The notes beneath the pieces are model-generated. The model was not told the DNA's origin. It did not search any database and saw only the letters and a program-made list of their open reading frames with translations. The position numbers were made by a program, and so were the translations under genes. A stretch of 60,254 nt of DNA, the filler included, from Dugesia japonica (Eukaryota): NCBI GenBank assembly GCA_001938525.1. It is 6 parts of 6 records of this genome, joined end to end, with 100 filler letters (N's around TTAATTAATTAA, not from the genome) between each part and the next. Parts side by side here need not be neighbours in the genome. Positions count along the whole stretch, not along the records: positions 18,661 to 28,168 come from MQRL01607958.1; positions 28,269 to 37,475 come from MQRL01249808.1; positions 37,576 to 48,947 come from MQRL01645674.1; 3 more parts are not named here. The stretch is one strand, 5' to 3'. Positions 23,462 through 38,062 of this stretch are shown piece by piece. Position 1 is the stretch's first letter, and every line of letters begins with the position of its first letter.

Positions 23462-26400
23462 ATGGTTAGAAACTGTGCATTTTTATCTACATATTTTTTC
23501 ATCTTAAACTTTTAAATACTTACTGATTTTTTTTCTTACAGAATTTTGATTCAAAAGAAGACGAAATAATTTTAAATAATCTATGTGCTGCTAATGGTAT
23601 AGATCGTGCCTGTTTAATAAAAGAATGTTCCAAATATGAAAAATTGGAAATATTTTTTTCAGGATTTTCTAAAATTATACAATTATGTATATTTCCGAAT
23701 CTATCCCACCTAGCCATAATAAATCAGCCTATCCGTGTTATTGAAAATCTCGATGTTTGTACGAATTTAGTGAGTTTATGGATATGTGAATGTGAAATTT
23801 CAAATATTGAAGGATTGGATCAGTGTGGGCAGATAAGAAATTTATATTTATATGATAATAAAATTAAAAAAATAAAAAATTTGTATTACTTAAGATTATT
23901 AGAAACTTTGTGGTTAAATAATAATAGAATTGAATGTATGGAAGGACTAGATGAATTATTAATACTACGAGAATTAAATTTAGCTGGCAATCTGATAAAC
24001 TGTGTGGGGAATAGTTTAAAAAATAACATTTCTTTGGAAAAATTAAATCTTTCTGGAAATCAATTAAAATTTTCGAATGATTTACTTAATTTATCAAAAT
24101 TACCAAAATTAAAGTATCTTACGATAAATGGTCCTGATTATGTGCCCAATCCTGTGTTCTATCATATAAATTTCTATTTGTTTATGATTTATCATTTTCC
24201 TAGCTTAAAAAGATTAGATACATTTGATATTAATTCAAGTTATTTAAAAGATATTGTCTTAAATATAATAAATAAGAAAAAATTGTTTTACTTCATGAAA
24301 ATTGCAACACTTCAGAGAGATACATCTTATTTAAAACTACAATTAAAAACGGATTGTAGTGAAATATGTAAAAATTATAGAAATCAATTATTGAATTTAA
24401 CAAAAGTGAAAAAACTCATTGAAATGACTTTATTTTTGGATACGAACTCAAAAGAAAAAGAAATGTCTCATAATGATACATACAAAAGTCAAATATTAGA
24501 AATAAATTCAAGAATAAATTCTACAGAGGCACTTATTGAATCTTTTCAAACGGAAATGGATTTTTTCCTCAACAAAGCTGAGCTACATAATAATGAAATT
24601 AAGAATTTATATCAAATAGAATTTTCTAGTTGTGGAAATTTCAAATTTGAATGTAGTTCTGAAAAAATTTGGGTCAACCTTTGCAATGAATTAATTAATT
24701 CACGATTTTGTAATTCAGAATTTAATATTGATGATTTTCAACAAATTAAAACTCATAGAGTAATAAAGATAAAAAACTTTTGTATGGAAAATGATTATGC
24801 CAAAACATTACATAATATACTTGATATGAATGATGAAAATGAACAGTTTGATATTATCAATTCCAAAATGCAAGATTATTTATTTCTATTTTCTGAAGAA
24901 AATGATGATCGTGATTTGAAATCAATATTAAATTCTATATATTTTTCATGTGATGGAGAAGTCATAAAGTTAACTAATAGCTTGTTTAATGGCAATTTTA
25001 TGAAAAATAATCAAAATCGATTATGTAATGAGCCTTATTATGGACGTGTGATAATATTTAAAGCCTTTATAGGTTATGCGTTGATAAATAAAATTCCTAA
25101 AGAACCCTATCGAAATGACACTTCTCTTTATAAAGTCGATAAAATTTCTGTTAATAAATGTGTACATAAAAATAATTGTTTGTGCTCTGATTATAAACAT
25201 GAATGGTATTTTAGAACAAATAAATTATTAGTTCCCGAATACATTGTGGATTTTGAGTATTTAATTGCTAACAAAATCAAATCTCGATTTTATTCCACTT
25301 TTCATGGTATTAAGAATGAATTTACCTCTGAATATCACAATGTAATTGAATTCGATAAAGACATTAATATTCTTAAAAAGGAATTGGAAGCGAAGACTAC
25401 TCCGAAAAATTCAATTACTTTAATTGGTACTAAGGATAGTAATTCTTTAAACTGTATAACAGTGTTAAATTTAACCAATTCTCATTTAAAAAGTATTCCT
25501 GAAATATCATATTTATTGAACTTGTCTGAACTAACATTGTCTTTCAACAATTTATTGAATTTAAAAGATATTTCGCTCGGAAAACTAAATTATCTTGATG
25601 TTAGTTATAATCAAATTCAAACTCTTGATGAAATGCATGAATTACCTGTGTTGACTATTTTAAACATTCAGAATAATTTTTTAATAAGGCAAAGTGAAGA
25701 AATATCTACTTTATATCGCTGTGCTCCAAATTTAATCAATTTAAATTTGAAATATAATTTGTTCCCAAAACCTAATGTACTACGATTAAGAATAATCAGT
25801 AAATTTAAAAATCTGAAAATTCTGAATGAAATTGAACCCAATGAAAATGAATTGAAATTAGTACCAGATTTTAAATGTAATGCACGAATATCAGAGTCGT
25901 TAATTGTTAATTATGGAAGAACTGATACGATAAAGCCCAGAACTTTAGTAATTAATAATACAGCTACAATTTTACTTCTTGATAGTGATAATAAAATAAA
26001 TTATCAAATTAATGATATTTCTAGATTTCTAAGAATTACTTCTTTATGTGTTAGTGATCAATCTGTATCAAAAATTTCCAAAATTGAAAAATTAGAAAAT
26101 TTAAAGTATCTATCTTTATCTAATAATTACATATCTAAAATTGAAGGATTAGATAATCTTACTCATTTAGAAGAGTTGAATTTAGACAATAATATCATTT
26201 TAAAAATTGAGAATCTTTCCAAGCTTCAAAAATTAAAGAAACTTTCGTTAAATGAAAATTACATTAATTCTGTTTTACATTTAAGAAATCTCCAAAATTT
26301 ACAATGTTTTTCTGTTCATACAAATAAAATAATATCATTAAATGGATTAGAAGGATGTATTAGTTTGACGGAATTATATGTAGGCAATAATTGCATTACT

Positions 26401-27675
26401 GATGCATCTGAAATAGCTAATTTGAAAAATTTAAATGATTTAATAATACTCGATCTCCAAAATAATCCTATTGTTAATATTAGTAAAAACTACAGATTGA
26501 ATGTCATTTTTCATTTAAAACATTTAAAAGGCCTTGATGGGATATGCGTAGATAATTCCGAAATTTTTCAATCAAAAGACATTTTAGGCGGAAGGCTTAA
26601 TTTAGACTTTATTAGAGAAAAAATTAGAATTGAAAATTACAGTGTTTTAAATGAATTAGATTTGTCAAATTGTTGTTTAAAAAGTGTTGATTTAACTCCT
26701 GTGGATAAATTAAAAAATTTACGAAGTTTAAATTTAGAAAACAATAATCTCACTTCTTTTTCGGGTTTAATAAGTTTATGTAACTTAAAAGTTCTGTGTT
26801 TGAATAGTAATTCCATAGAATCAATTTTACCAAAATTCATTAAAACTGGAATTCAGCCTATTCAGAAAACCGAAAATATTCAGAAGGTTGATTTGAAGTC
26901 GCTGGAAGTTTTACATTTGGGATATAATAATATAAGAAATATAAGTTCATTGGGATTACATGATATTCCGTTTCTTAAAGCATTATTTTTACAAGGAAAC
27001 GATATATCTACTATAGATGGTTTAGAATATTTACCATACCTTAGAGAATTGGTTGTAGATCAAAATAGAATAAAGACGATTTCAGAAACCTCTTTTATAA
27101 ATAATATTAATTTACGAGAGATACATCTTGATGACAATCGTTTAAAAAATTTGGCTAATGTTTATCATCTGAAACAGTTGAAACGTTTATATATTGGAAA
27201 TAACAAAATTTCAGATTTACATGATCTAGATCTATTTTATTCTTTTGAATCGTTAATTGATATTTCTTTATATGGAAATCCAGTAAGTCGTAGACATCAA
27301 CATCGACAATATTTGATTCATATGATTCCAACATTAATAATGATTGATGGAGTTGAAATTTCTGAAGATGAAAAATTGAGAGTAGAATCAAATATAGATG
27401 AAAACACTGATAATATTCTTCCTGGAATTTTGAACCAAAATAGAACTCAAAATTTGAAGTCAAATTCGACGTTTTATAATGCAAATGACTTTAATAAAAT
27501 AGACTATTTCAAAGGCGATAATAATTACAAGAAAAGAACTAACGCCATAACTTCATTTAATTTGAACAAAACGAATTCTATTCAACTTGCAGCGAATTCC
27601 AAAACGGTTTACTTTTATGATCCAATTGGGCAGATTGATAATATACCCCGTTTGAATTTTAATAAAAGAAAATAA
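23462..27675 (+). CDS. LRRC9: Leucine-rich repeat-containing protein 9, ~1378 aa; join(23462..23464, 23542..27675)
   Basis: Intact ORF. The N-terminus EDEIILNNLCAANG..LEIFFSG..FPNL..LWICECEI..IEGL matches LRRC9. SDS22-like LRR blocks flank a central non-LRR region ending LVPEYIVDFEY. ATG|GTTAGA...TTACAG gives a 77-nt intron that splices in frame. Confidence 0.9.
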
Positions 27676-28168
27676 TTTTTTTATTTTTTTCAAATATTTT
27701 ATGTATAATTATTCGCATTTAAAATTTTAAAGTTGTTATGGATGTAGATTTTTAAGTTTTGAGCTTGTTTAATTGTGTTAGCAAAATCGTTCTAAGACAG
27801 TTTATTTTCAATATCAAATCTATTTTCACATTTTTATTACAAAATTCAAAGATAACTTTGTACAATAAAATATCCTAAAGAGAATTATTCTTCTCATAAA
27901 TATTTTAAGTAAATATTTAATTGGGTAATAATTTTCACAATTAATTAAAAATTCTTAAAAAATTTCAAAAATAAATTCGTCGTTTTTTCTTGGGCTTCGA
28001 GGTTTTGTTTAACTCAATCCTATTGATGTTTTACTCGCTTCTTCTTCTATTGTTTGATACAATGGTGGTAGATAACCCGAAGCCAGCAAAAATGTGACAG
28101 TGGTTCATACACTGTTCATATACTTAGATTTATGTGGGTCTTAGAAAGTCGACTTGATGTTAATGCTC

Positions 28169-28268
28169 NNNNNNNNNNNNNNNNNNNNNNNNNNNNNNNN
28201 NNNNNNNNNNNNTTAATTAATTAANNNNNNNNNNNNNNNNNNNNNNNNNNNNNNNNNNNNNNNNNNNN
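28169..28268. other. Artificial scaffold-joining spacer N44-TTAATTAATTAA-N44
   Basis: Same 100-bp spacer as at 10044. Confidence 0.97.
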
Positions 28269-28333
<65 letters not shown>

Positions 28334-28338
28334 TATTA
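28269..28338. repeat. (ATT)n microsatellite
   Basis: Directly visible. Confidence 0.97.
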
Positions 28339-28399
28339 TGTACCAAATTATAAAACAAATATTTAGAGTATTATTAAAATATCTGAGTTTGTTGCCTAG

Positions 28400-31300
28400 A
28401 AAGAAAAACAAATTGTGGAAAACTGAATTGAGTATTTTTTATCGCCGATTATCTCAAGCTGTTATTGATTATAATGTATCTGAATGTGTTTCCAATTAAT
28501 TCAACTGCTGATCAAAAAGCGAATTATTGTTTCTTTTGGATTTTAATATTTATATTTGAATGATACGTTGCTCTATGTATAGTTCAAAGTAGTTGATAAA
28601 CGCGGGCAAGTTTTGGCTGAGGCTCCTGATGCAATTATTTATTTCATTCGTTTTTTAAAGATGTCATTTCTTCATTTAATAATGTTAAAATAATGCAGAT
28701 ATTCTAAAAGCAGTTATTGAAACTGTTTTAGATTATAATGGCGATAGTAAGAATATTTGTCTTACAGCAATTGGTTATTAGTGAGAGGAGAATAGAAAAT
28801 GGTTTGTTCAAGCATCTAAAGTATTGCCTCTTCGCGGTTCATTGCAACTAGATTTTGGATCAACCTAATCACCTTATTTTCTGTGTTAATGGAAAAATTC
28901 GAATGTAGAGCATCTTCAATAATGTGTTTGAAATAACCAGCTCACCAAACGATAATTTCATTTAAAAAACGAATGACAGCAACAATTATGAGCAACAAAT
29001 TGAAATGATTCGATCAGTTATGCTTTTATCATAGCAAATTTGGAAACAAAGCCAACATATGTCAAAGCCCCTGCAAATGAAATAAACTCAATTCAGAAAA
29101 AGATCAAATAAAATAGTAGAACCTAGCACTGTCTCCTCAACAAGTGTTTATACAAAGCTAGACTCGTACAGGCGTAAATCATTTTTTGTTGATTTTTATA
29201 TTAACGAAACATCAATGACATTCTTTGTTGATAATTTAGCTGATAAGAGTAGCAGATTAAATTACTTATTGGTGTCTGCAACCAATGAACTAATATCAAA
29301 TTATGGTTTCAGAACACTTTCTTTCAAAATCACTAACCACAACATTCTAATGATTTGGAAATTCATCGTTGCAGATGTATCCACATATCATGATGTTAGT
29401 ATTAACTGCAACATAAGAAACATAACATTTTTTAACTCCGGCTACATTATACCTGAACATTCTAGACAATATGATATGAAGATTGCAAATCAAGTGCTAA
29501 AAAATGATATTTCTAATATACAGATGAATATCAACATAGATGAATCAAATTGCACAGACGTTTCAACAATTATTTGGAGGGAAATGTGATACAGTAAAAG
29601 GAGAATTCCATTTCCTACTGAGACCTTGGATAATTTGCCACAGCAACAGTAAGTAGGTCTCGCCATTTGTTGTTGTTAAAAAAACAAAATAGATCGTGGA
29701 GGCATTATGAAGACTACAGATAATTAAATGAAAAAACGATACCAGACAAATAGCCTTTACTTAGAGTTTAAGATCTATTGGATAAAAATGGGGCTCTACC
29801 ATTTTCAGCAAACTATACCTTTAAAAAACATTTCATCAGATACCAATAGTAGAAAAGGACATTCACAAAACTACGGTTATCATACGATTTGGTTTATATG
29901 AATACTGCAAAATGCAGTTTGGATTGAGGAATTTCTAGTTATTTTTCAAAGATTCGTGGATACAATTCCGAGAAAACATCAAGACTTTGCGATATTATAC
30001 GTCGATGCAATTCTCATATTTTCAAAATATGAAGCCGGCCATGAAGATCATGTACGAAACGTAACCAGCGGCATACATTCTGTTGAGTTGGACTTTTCCG
30101 TCACATAAAGTAGAGTTCTTAGAATCCAAGATATCAAAGAATGGAATTCTTCCTAAAACTAAAAAATCAAAAGCCTGTGAAAAATGAGCCTTCCAGTCAA
30201 CTTAACGAGCTTGCAGAGATTTATAGGTTGTGTTGCTTTTTAACATTGGCTTATTCAAAATTTGTATAACACAATTACACCACTCTACTAGCTAATCATT
30301 AAAAATAAAAAATAAAAAAGAAGCATAATCAAATGAACCAATTATCAGGCAAACTCTTTTGACACTATTAAAGATGTACTACTAAATTTACAGTAATGAA
30401 ATTACTGAGACAAGTCAAAACGGTTTATGTTAAGAACTTATTCATCATTAGAAACAGTTCAAGTTGCGTTGGAGTAAATAGAATCAGAAGGAAGGCATAC
30501 TCAAATTGCATTTTTCTCAAAAGAATTGTCTTCTGTAGAGGGAAACTACTAAACCTATGACAAAAAACTACGAGCAGTAGTATTTACAACTATGAATTTC
30601 AAGAACTATTTGATTTCTACAGCATTGCAATATAGACAGATCACCAGCATCTATTAAAAATTGCAAGTATGAAAGATCCAAATCCCAGATAATGGAGATG
30701 GCTTGAATTCCTCGTTCAAGTTTCTTTTAATTTAGAATATTTGAAGGGATCAGAGAACACAGTAGCAGATTCCTTTTCGAGAATAGCAAGAAAATTAAAC
30801 ACATTACAGTGAATAAAATAATCAAACAGCAAACAATTGAAAATCTTTATGCATCACTGAAAACATTCTCCTTAAAATTAAGTGTCTCTAATGAAGGAAT
30901 AAGTGCGGACATATCACAACCCAAACTGCAAATAATTCTACCGGAATCACTCTGGTTCAGAGAATTCTAGAAGATGGCTGCCACTCTGGAGTAAAATCAA
31001 CAACAACACTATTGGCTGAGAGGTACGTTTGGCCAAGAATGCAAAAAGATATTCGTGAATTACGTTCAAAAATTTCGAAGCATACTAAATCTCTACTAAC
31101 AACATTTCCTAACGCTTCTAGATTTAAATATCTACATATTGACTTAATAGGACTACTGTCAGCAATAAACAACAAGCGGTATTTATTAACGATGATCGAC
31201 AGAAAAACTACATATGTTGAAGCAGTGTCATGTCAGGGCACAACATTCGACTACTTGATTAACATCTTATTAAACACGTGAATTAGTTTATTTGGATCTC

Positions 31301-32034
31301 CAGAAGTCATTATCAGGGATCCAAGACGACAAAGACCTACGACAAATTTTGTAAAAATATTGGCATCGAATTCAGAAGAACGACGGCATACTACTCATAA
31401 TCGAATGGTAAGATTAAACGATGGCACAGAATCCTAAAGAACGCAATTCATGACGCGTCAGTAAATGCAAATAAGGAGTGTATCCAAAAACTACCAAAGA
31501 CACTTTTATTTTTAAGAAACTTTATGGGTTCAGATAACAAAGCGTCGCTATCTCAACTGACACTAGATATGGACACAAGATTATTAGATGATATCATAAC
31601 TTCAGTTGACACTTTTGATGAAAAATTCCAAGATGACATCATGAATTTAGAAATGCTATAAACTGATCATAGCTCGAATATAAAATCGGGAGTCAATAAA
31701 GATCTGTTGAACTGCGAACAGTTTGGTACAGAGTAAAAATTCCTATTGGACTCAATAATTTATATTAGAGTTTATTCTAGGTTCTTAGTCGTATTGGTGA
31801 TAACAAAACTTTCGAAATCAATTTAGATAGCTCTCCAAAATTGTTTCAATATATAGATAGAAACCATCAATTTTATAGGAGAACTCAATTTAAAAATGGG
31901 GAGAAATGTAGAACTCTTAGTAAAATTCCATATTTAAATTAAAATTGAAATTAAATGATATTTGTGTGAATATTATATTTGTAATAATAATAAATATTTT
32001 AAAAGTGTAATTGAATTGAATCATGAACATAACA
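28400..32034 (+). mobile_element. Second Ty3/gypsy relic: decayed gag-PR-RT-RH-IN, PPT and probable 3' LTR
   Basis: RT SPFVVVKK..DYR*LNEKTIPD, YVDAILIFS. RNase H IAFFSK, TDHQ, GSENTVADS. Integrase HSGVKST, RYVWPRM, RFKYLHIDLIG, TTAY..SNG..RWHRILK. PPT AAAAATGGGGAGAAA (31892-31906) directly before TG at 31907. Confidence 0.88.
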
Positions 32035-35000
32035 AATATGAATTGTGGAATAACACTTGAGAAATTCAAAACCAAATATCCTTTCTCTTTTTGCTATTCC
32101 TCCAGATTTTGATATTAATTAGAGTCAATTACCTCAACAAGGAAATTTTAGACTGAATATAAGGTTTTAAAAGCTTTAGCTTCATCTGTATATGTAATAA
32201 TTTCTGGTGTATTTGAAAGCAGAATTTAAATAGTTGCAAACAGGAAAATATTAGTAAAAACCATATTTTGTATAACATTGTAATAAATTATAAACTAAGA
32301 TGTATTCAAAATTTACATTTAATTGATTAATTCTGTTCAAATTAAATCAATTAGATCAGAATAGCTAGGATCAACGTTTTTTATTTATATCCATTGGATA
32401 AGCCCCCATTTCTTCAAGTTAATAAAACCATAATCGTCAATACTCAACTATCAACTCTTAGTGGAGAATGTTGAATAGTCGTTCATAAAAAACCTACAAA
32501 TATATTGGTATTTGATCCGTTTGGATACTATTATTCATCATATTAGCATTACATAATTGAAAATGTTAGAACCGATTGTATATAATAAAATTCGATATCA
32601 GAAGTAGGTATATGTGAACACATGACTCCAACCATTAAGCGCGAAAGATGGTGCTGTTGTTATGCGCTCACATCTTTTTTGTCATGTATTAATATGAATT
32701 TTTGATTTAAAGATTTAGATTGGATCAGATTTTTGATCAAATCAAAGGTTTTATGTTAATTTTATTAGAAAATTTATGGTTAAATATTCTACTAATTTTA
32801 AAGTTTGTTTAAATTCGTTGAATTCTTTTTAAAACACTTTTATAGGTATTGTGGTATTGGTGACGTGTGGTATTGCTTATTTGTGTGTGGAAAGTTTATG
32901 TGTATTTTATTATACTTTTTTTATGTGTGTTATGTGTGTAAGGATATTGTAAAAATACAAAGTTTGACCCAATTGTTTTTTGTAAGTGTGTTCACATTTT
33001 GAGGTTTTGATGATAGAATTTGACTAAGAATGACTTATAAATTGCTTAAATGACTTATGTCGTAAAATACGCTTGGTGCCGGTCACGTTGTGAGCGCATG
33101 GCACCATAGCAATGAGTTTTCGTGCATTTGCGTGAAAAAGTACGTGGTGTTGTGGGAAATTAATGGATTTGAATAAATTTGGTTTTGTTGGAAAGGTAGG
33201 GGTTGACGCAGATAATAGTACTAGTTATGGATTGATTTATAGAATATTGATTTATTTTTTGTTGGTTGAAGTTTAGAGGTTAGTAGGTCGTAAATTTAGA
33301 TGAAAGAATTATTTTCCGAGTTGAAATTGATGGCGACGTAAAGATAAATGTTGGATTGATAAGAAAAGTTGTTTTATATTTTTTCAAGGTGTAGGTGTGT
33401 GTGAAGTTTTAAAAATCATGGTGAATGAAGGGCGAGATGTTTATAGATGAATGTTCGGACAGTCTTAATATTTATATGTTTGGACAGATACTTGTATGCG
33501 TGTTTCACACGTGTTGCATCTTGATGCAATCATGCTGCAAAAACTAATTATATATGTATTTTAATGCTCCGGGTAGTCGAAAAATCATCAGTTATGTGAT
33601 TTTAGGTTGCACTCGTGTTGCATACCTATCATAACAATGGGTCATATCAATTCAAACAAACATGAACCAATATAAACATACAAATATCTTATGTGTATGC
33701 ATCTCAACAAGTATATAAGCAATGGTTTTCAAAAAGTAAATCACCTTTAAAAACCAAAAATACCAGAAAATTTACTTACTAAAGACAATATCTCATTAAT
33801 TACGGAGGAACTTGGACAAATTACAGATTTCTTTCATCATAAGATTTATTTTATAAGGATATTGATTATTTATGACTTTAAAGTATTTTATTTATTATTT
33901 TTCATAAATAATTATTTTTTTAGAAACCAGTTATTATAAAAGAAAGATCAAAATACAGTTTGCTTCTTTCTAAAATTATCACGAAAGATAAAAACATATT
34001 AAAAGCATTATTTGCAAGATTTAGCAGAGAGATAGAAATAAAAGAATCGATTTTCATCAATTTTAATAATCGGGACCTGGACAATTGGGATTATAAATCT
34101 GGATGGATGATTCGAGATACTTAAAGATACAAGAAGTCGATAAATACAACTGCCATATGGAATATTAAAAACATAGAAAAGGAGATCCAACAATTGTATA
34201 TGAAGTTGATGTAATAAATGTTTTTACTTATTAATAAATTTTTTAGTGTTATTTTATTTTTTTGATAAATAATGTTTTTTGTATGTAAGTAAATTTTTAC
34301 TAATTAAATTTTTTTACAAATATTTTTTTGATATGTAAAATTTTTTTTCACTTAATTAATTTTTTTTTATTATTTATTTTAACAAGTAAATTTTTTATTT
34401 AATAATTAAAATTTTTTTTAAAAATATTTGTTTTATTATTACTTTTTAAAATTCTTTTAGTTTAATTTTTTTTCGTAAAATAAATTTTTATTAATACTTT
34501 CTGCTCAATCATCATCATTTGTGTCCTAAAGAGGGCCGGTTTATTCATTCACAAGTTATAATTTCTGCCTTTTGACATTTTAGTCTATCGCTTCCTTACA
34601 TTTTCTATTCAACTGGGATCTGCAGTATTCTTCTGTCATTACGGATTCAACTGTTGACTCTTGGAAAAATCCAATATTAATTTATCAACATCCATATTGA
34701 GTAAGTCATTAACTTTACTTCAATAATCCCATTCTATTGACGATGAATTTTTCTAATAATGTTTAAAACAGTAATAAAAAATTTATAATAATAAGTATAA
34801 GCTAACATTTCTCATATACAAGACTTCTTTTTCTTTTATATGAATAACTTCGTTGAAATTTGGTTCTTCTTCATTGATATATGGTTCTTATTTTTCAACA
34901 GATTACACATAATTTTTCTTGTTAAATATTTCATCATCGTCGTTCAAAAATATTTCTTCATCATCTTATTTTATCCGTAATAAACTGCATTTATATAAAG

Positions 35001-35441
35001 GTGTCATAATTAGTCAAAGTAAAAATAAACAAATGTAATACAAATGTAATGTAATATATATATGTTAAAATACCGCAAAATAATATATTTTTTATGAATT
35101 GAAAATAAAATTTATAATTTTAAATTGATATTTTTCGTTGGAGTTGAGAATCTTTAAAGTATTTTCCATTAAATTAAATAAATCCAATGTTACGATATCC
35201 ACGTGTCCTTGAGAATTCAAATTTTTAAGTCAGATTTTTACAAGTTTTTCCGTTAAGAAAACATTTACGCATATATGGTCATATTTTGCAGGAAATAACA
35301 AACAGTTGACAATTTTTGCAAATTTGTACAAATTTATTGCAGCTCCCATATTTGCGACAAGTGTTATCGATTACATTTGTATATATTTAGCATCATGGTG
35401 ATCTTAATCATGAGGTTCTAAAGGTGTCTTGCACACTATTA

Positions 35442-37030
35442 AGTAGTAGGATAGTAGTGCACCAGGCCACCCCTCTCCCTGTGTACAAAAATAGTGACTT
35501 GCAAATTTACAATGTAAATAGGCAATGACACACATTTGTGTGATATTACGTAACTGGCCTACAAAATCGCAATGTAAAAAGGCGGCGAGCAAACTTTATG
35601 TGTGATTACATAACTTTTGCTCGTACTTTTTGTGTGCTTAGTTCAAGTTTTTTCGAAATTTTTGGACTTTTTAAAAGTTTTTTGGATTTTTTTAAATTTT
35701 CAAATTTTGCGCAAATTTTTTATTTTAAAATTATTTAAATTTATATAGGAAATTTTTCCTTGTTTAAATATTTCAATTTAAATTTACAATAAACATTACT
35801 ATTTTAAATCTCATAAAATATTTTATAAAAAAGAAATTATAATTATAAATTATAAACACAAGTTATAAATAAGAAACACAACATATAACACATACATAAT
35901 TTTAAATACAAAATAATAATAATAAATAGGAAACTTCAATAAAGTATTACATAAGAACTTTACTCGAATAATTTTTAACTATAAAATTTTTTCTAGGTTA
36001 ATTTTAACAGATAAATTTTTAGTTAAGTTTTACAGTTTATTCTACCAGTGGTATTTAATTTTTTAAATAAGATTTTAGTAGTTTATTTTAGAGTTTAAGA
36101 TAGAAATTTTTTATCGGTTTAGTAGTTAATTTTCAAGTAGTTGTTTTTAGTATTAAATTTTCTATTCTATAATTTCTAGTAGTAGATTTTAGAATTTAAT
36201 TATTGATATTATAATTTTTACTTAGATTAATTTTCAAGTAGTTAAGTCTTTAATTTTTACATAGAGCAATTTTTTATAGAATTTAATTTTCTATTTAAGA
36301 CTTTTGCCAGTAGTGTTAGTATAATTGATTTTAGGTAGTTGATTTTTAGAACTTAATTTTAGATTTAATATTTTTTTATAAGATTTTTACCGGTAGTATT
36401 TTAATCAACTAAGTTTAAGTAGTAAAATATTTTATATAAGATTTGTACCGGTTTATTTTAGACGTTTTCTCAGTAGTATTTAATTTATTTTATATATAGA
36501 TTTTATACAGTGATATTTTTGACTCTGTTAGTATTTTGAAACTTTTTCCACAGTGATATTTAGTTTTTTATATAAGATCTTTCATAGGTTTATTCTTAAA
36601 TTTTTTTCCCGTGGTATTTAATTTTCTATATAAGATTTTTCATGTGTTTATTTTAGAATTTTTACATAGGTTAATTTTTAGTGTTTTGACTCTGTTAGTA
36701 TTTTAAAATTTTACCTTGATAGTATTTTTGAGTTTTACATCTGCTAGGTTTATTAATTTGTACCTCTAGGGATATTTTAAAGTTTTACATCATCGGTTAA
36801 ATTTCCCTTGTAGTATTTAATTTTTATATAAGATTTTAACATGGATTTAATTTTGCAAGGTTATTCTTAAGAGTTTTCTTTGGTATATATATAATTTGTT
36901 CAAGGTTGTTCTTAAAAGTTTTGTCTCTGTATATATTTAAATTTTACCTTATTTTAGTATTTTAGTAGTATTTTAGAGTTTTGCTTCTGTTTGATTTTTC
37001 AAATTTTTTGCCGCTGTATATATTTTTTTA
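35442..37030 (+). mobile_element. Left end of a related AGTAG-terminus element followed by a long degenerate AT-rich tandem array (~35970-37030)
   Basis: AGTAGTAGGATAGTAGTGCACCAGG followed by a C-rich run, fitting the family terminal consensus. TAAGATTTT and GTAGTATTT cores recur downstream. Confidence 0.55.
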
Positions 37031-37475
37031 ATGGTTTTTATATATTTTTAAATTTTTGAGTTCATTTGTTACATTAGTGTTCAATATAATTGGTATAGGA
37101 TCTGATTGATTTAATTAACTATTAAATTAATTTATGAATTAAGTAGGTTAAGTGAAGCAAACATATTAAATTAATTAAATATGCTGATTAGAATAGTGGA
37201 TACATTGTACTAGAATAATATCATTAAGCTTGAAAGTTTGGCCAAGAATGTTATCATTGTTATAAATCAATTAACGGAATTCATGAGAATTAATTGGTTT
37301 AATAAAACACCAAGATTTGCAATTCCTATTTCATATAAGGACGCCGTTGTCAGTGAGAAACATGATATTACGGCTGATAATAATGTTGATATTGACAAAC
37401 TTGATGACACTTGTATTATCATTGGAGAATCTTTTGTTAATCAACTTTGTTCCACTTGTGGCTTTAAAAGAGATG

Positions 37476-37575
37476 NNNNNNNNNNNNNNNNNNNNNNNNN
37501 NNNNNNNNNNNNNNNNNNNTTAATTAATTAANNNNNNNNNNNNNNNNNNNNNNNNNNNNNNNNNNNNNNNNNNNN
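37476..37575. other. Artificial scaffold-joining spacer N44-TTAATTAATTAA-N44
   Basis: Same 100-bp spacer as at 10044. Confidence 0.97.
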
Positions 37576-37669
37576 ACTTCGCATCCAAAATATCAAGACT
37601 GCTCCATCTCATACATAAATATAAAGTCTTCTCACAAAAAAAATAAAATGTTAATTACCAACAAAATTC

Positions 37670-38062
37670 TAGTATTAATTAAAACAAACCATTTTCATAT
37701 TTTAAAACAAAAAAAAACTTCATTAATTAAAACAAACCATTTTCATTAATTCAAACAAAAAAAGTCTATTAATTAAAACAAAAAAAAACAATTAAAAAAA
37801 ATTCCCTCCTAAAAAAAGGTAAAAAGAAAGATAAAAATAAAGATTAAAAAAATTGATCCGATCCAAAAATTCTGATCAAAAAAGAAAATTGATCCGATCA
37901 AAAAAAACTGATCCGATCAAAAAAATAATTTGATCCTAAAAATCTTAGAAGAAAAAGCCCAAAATTAAAGAACAAAAAACGCAGCTCGAACGTAATGTGT
38001 TTCCGCGGGGCCCGCGATAACTGCTTTAAAAAATTGTCGCAGTGCGCCACTATCCCCCTACT
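37670..38062 (-). mobile_element. Right end of a related AGTAG-terminus element with subterminal TGATCCGATC and ATTAATTAAAACAAA repeats
   Basis: The reverse complement starts AGTAGGGGGATAGTGGCGCACTG. Repeats are visible at 37674-37790 and 37853-37937. Confidence 0.6.

Noticed and set aside
26637-27484. Antisense ORFs within LRRC9 (and similar ones inside the hAT, gag and PolB)
   Set aside because: They are shadow frames of real coding sequence on the opposite strand.
33640-34215. Possible spliced plus-strand gene relic (KIPENLLTKDNISLITEELGQ.. / KPVIIKERSKYSLLLSKII..)
   Set aside because: It has stops, no clean splice donor and no recognisable family.
35442-38062. A complete 2.6-kb element with AGTAG TIRs containing ORF 37238
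   Set aside because: It spans the spacer at 37476-37575, the subterminal sequences differ, and there is no TSD. ORF 37238-37475 is unrecognised and truncated.
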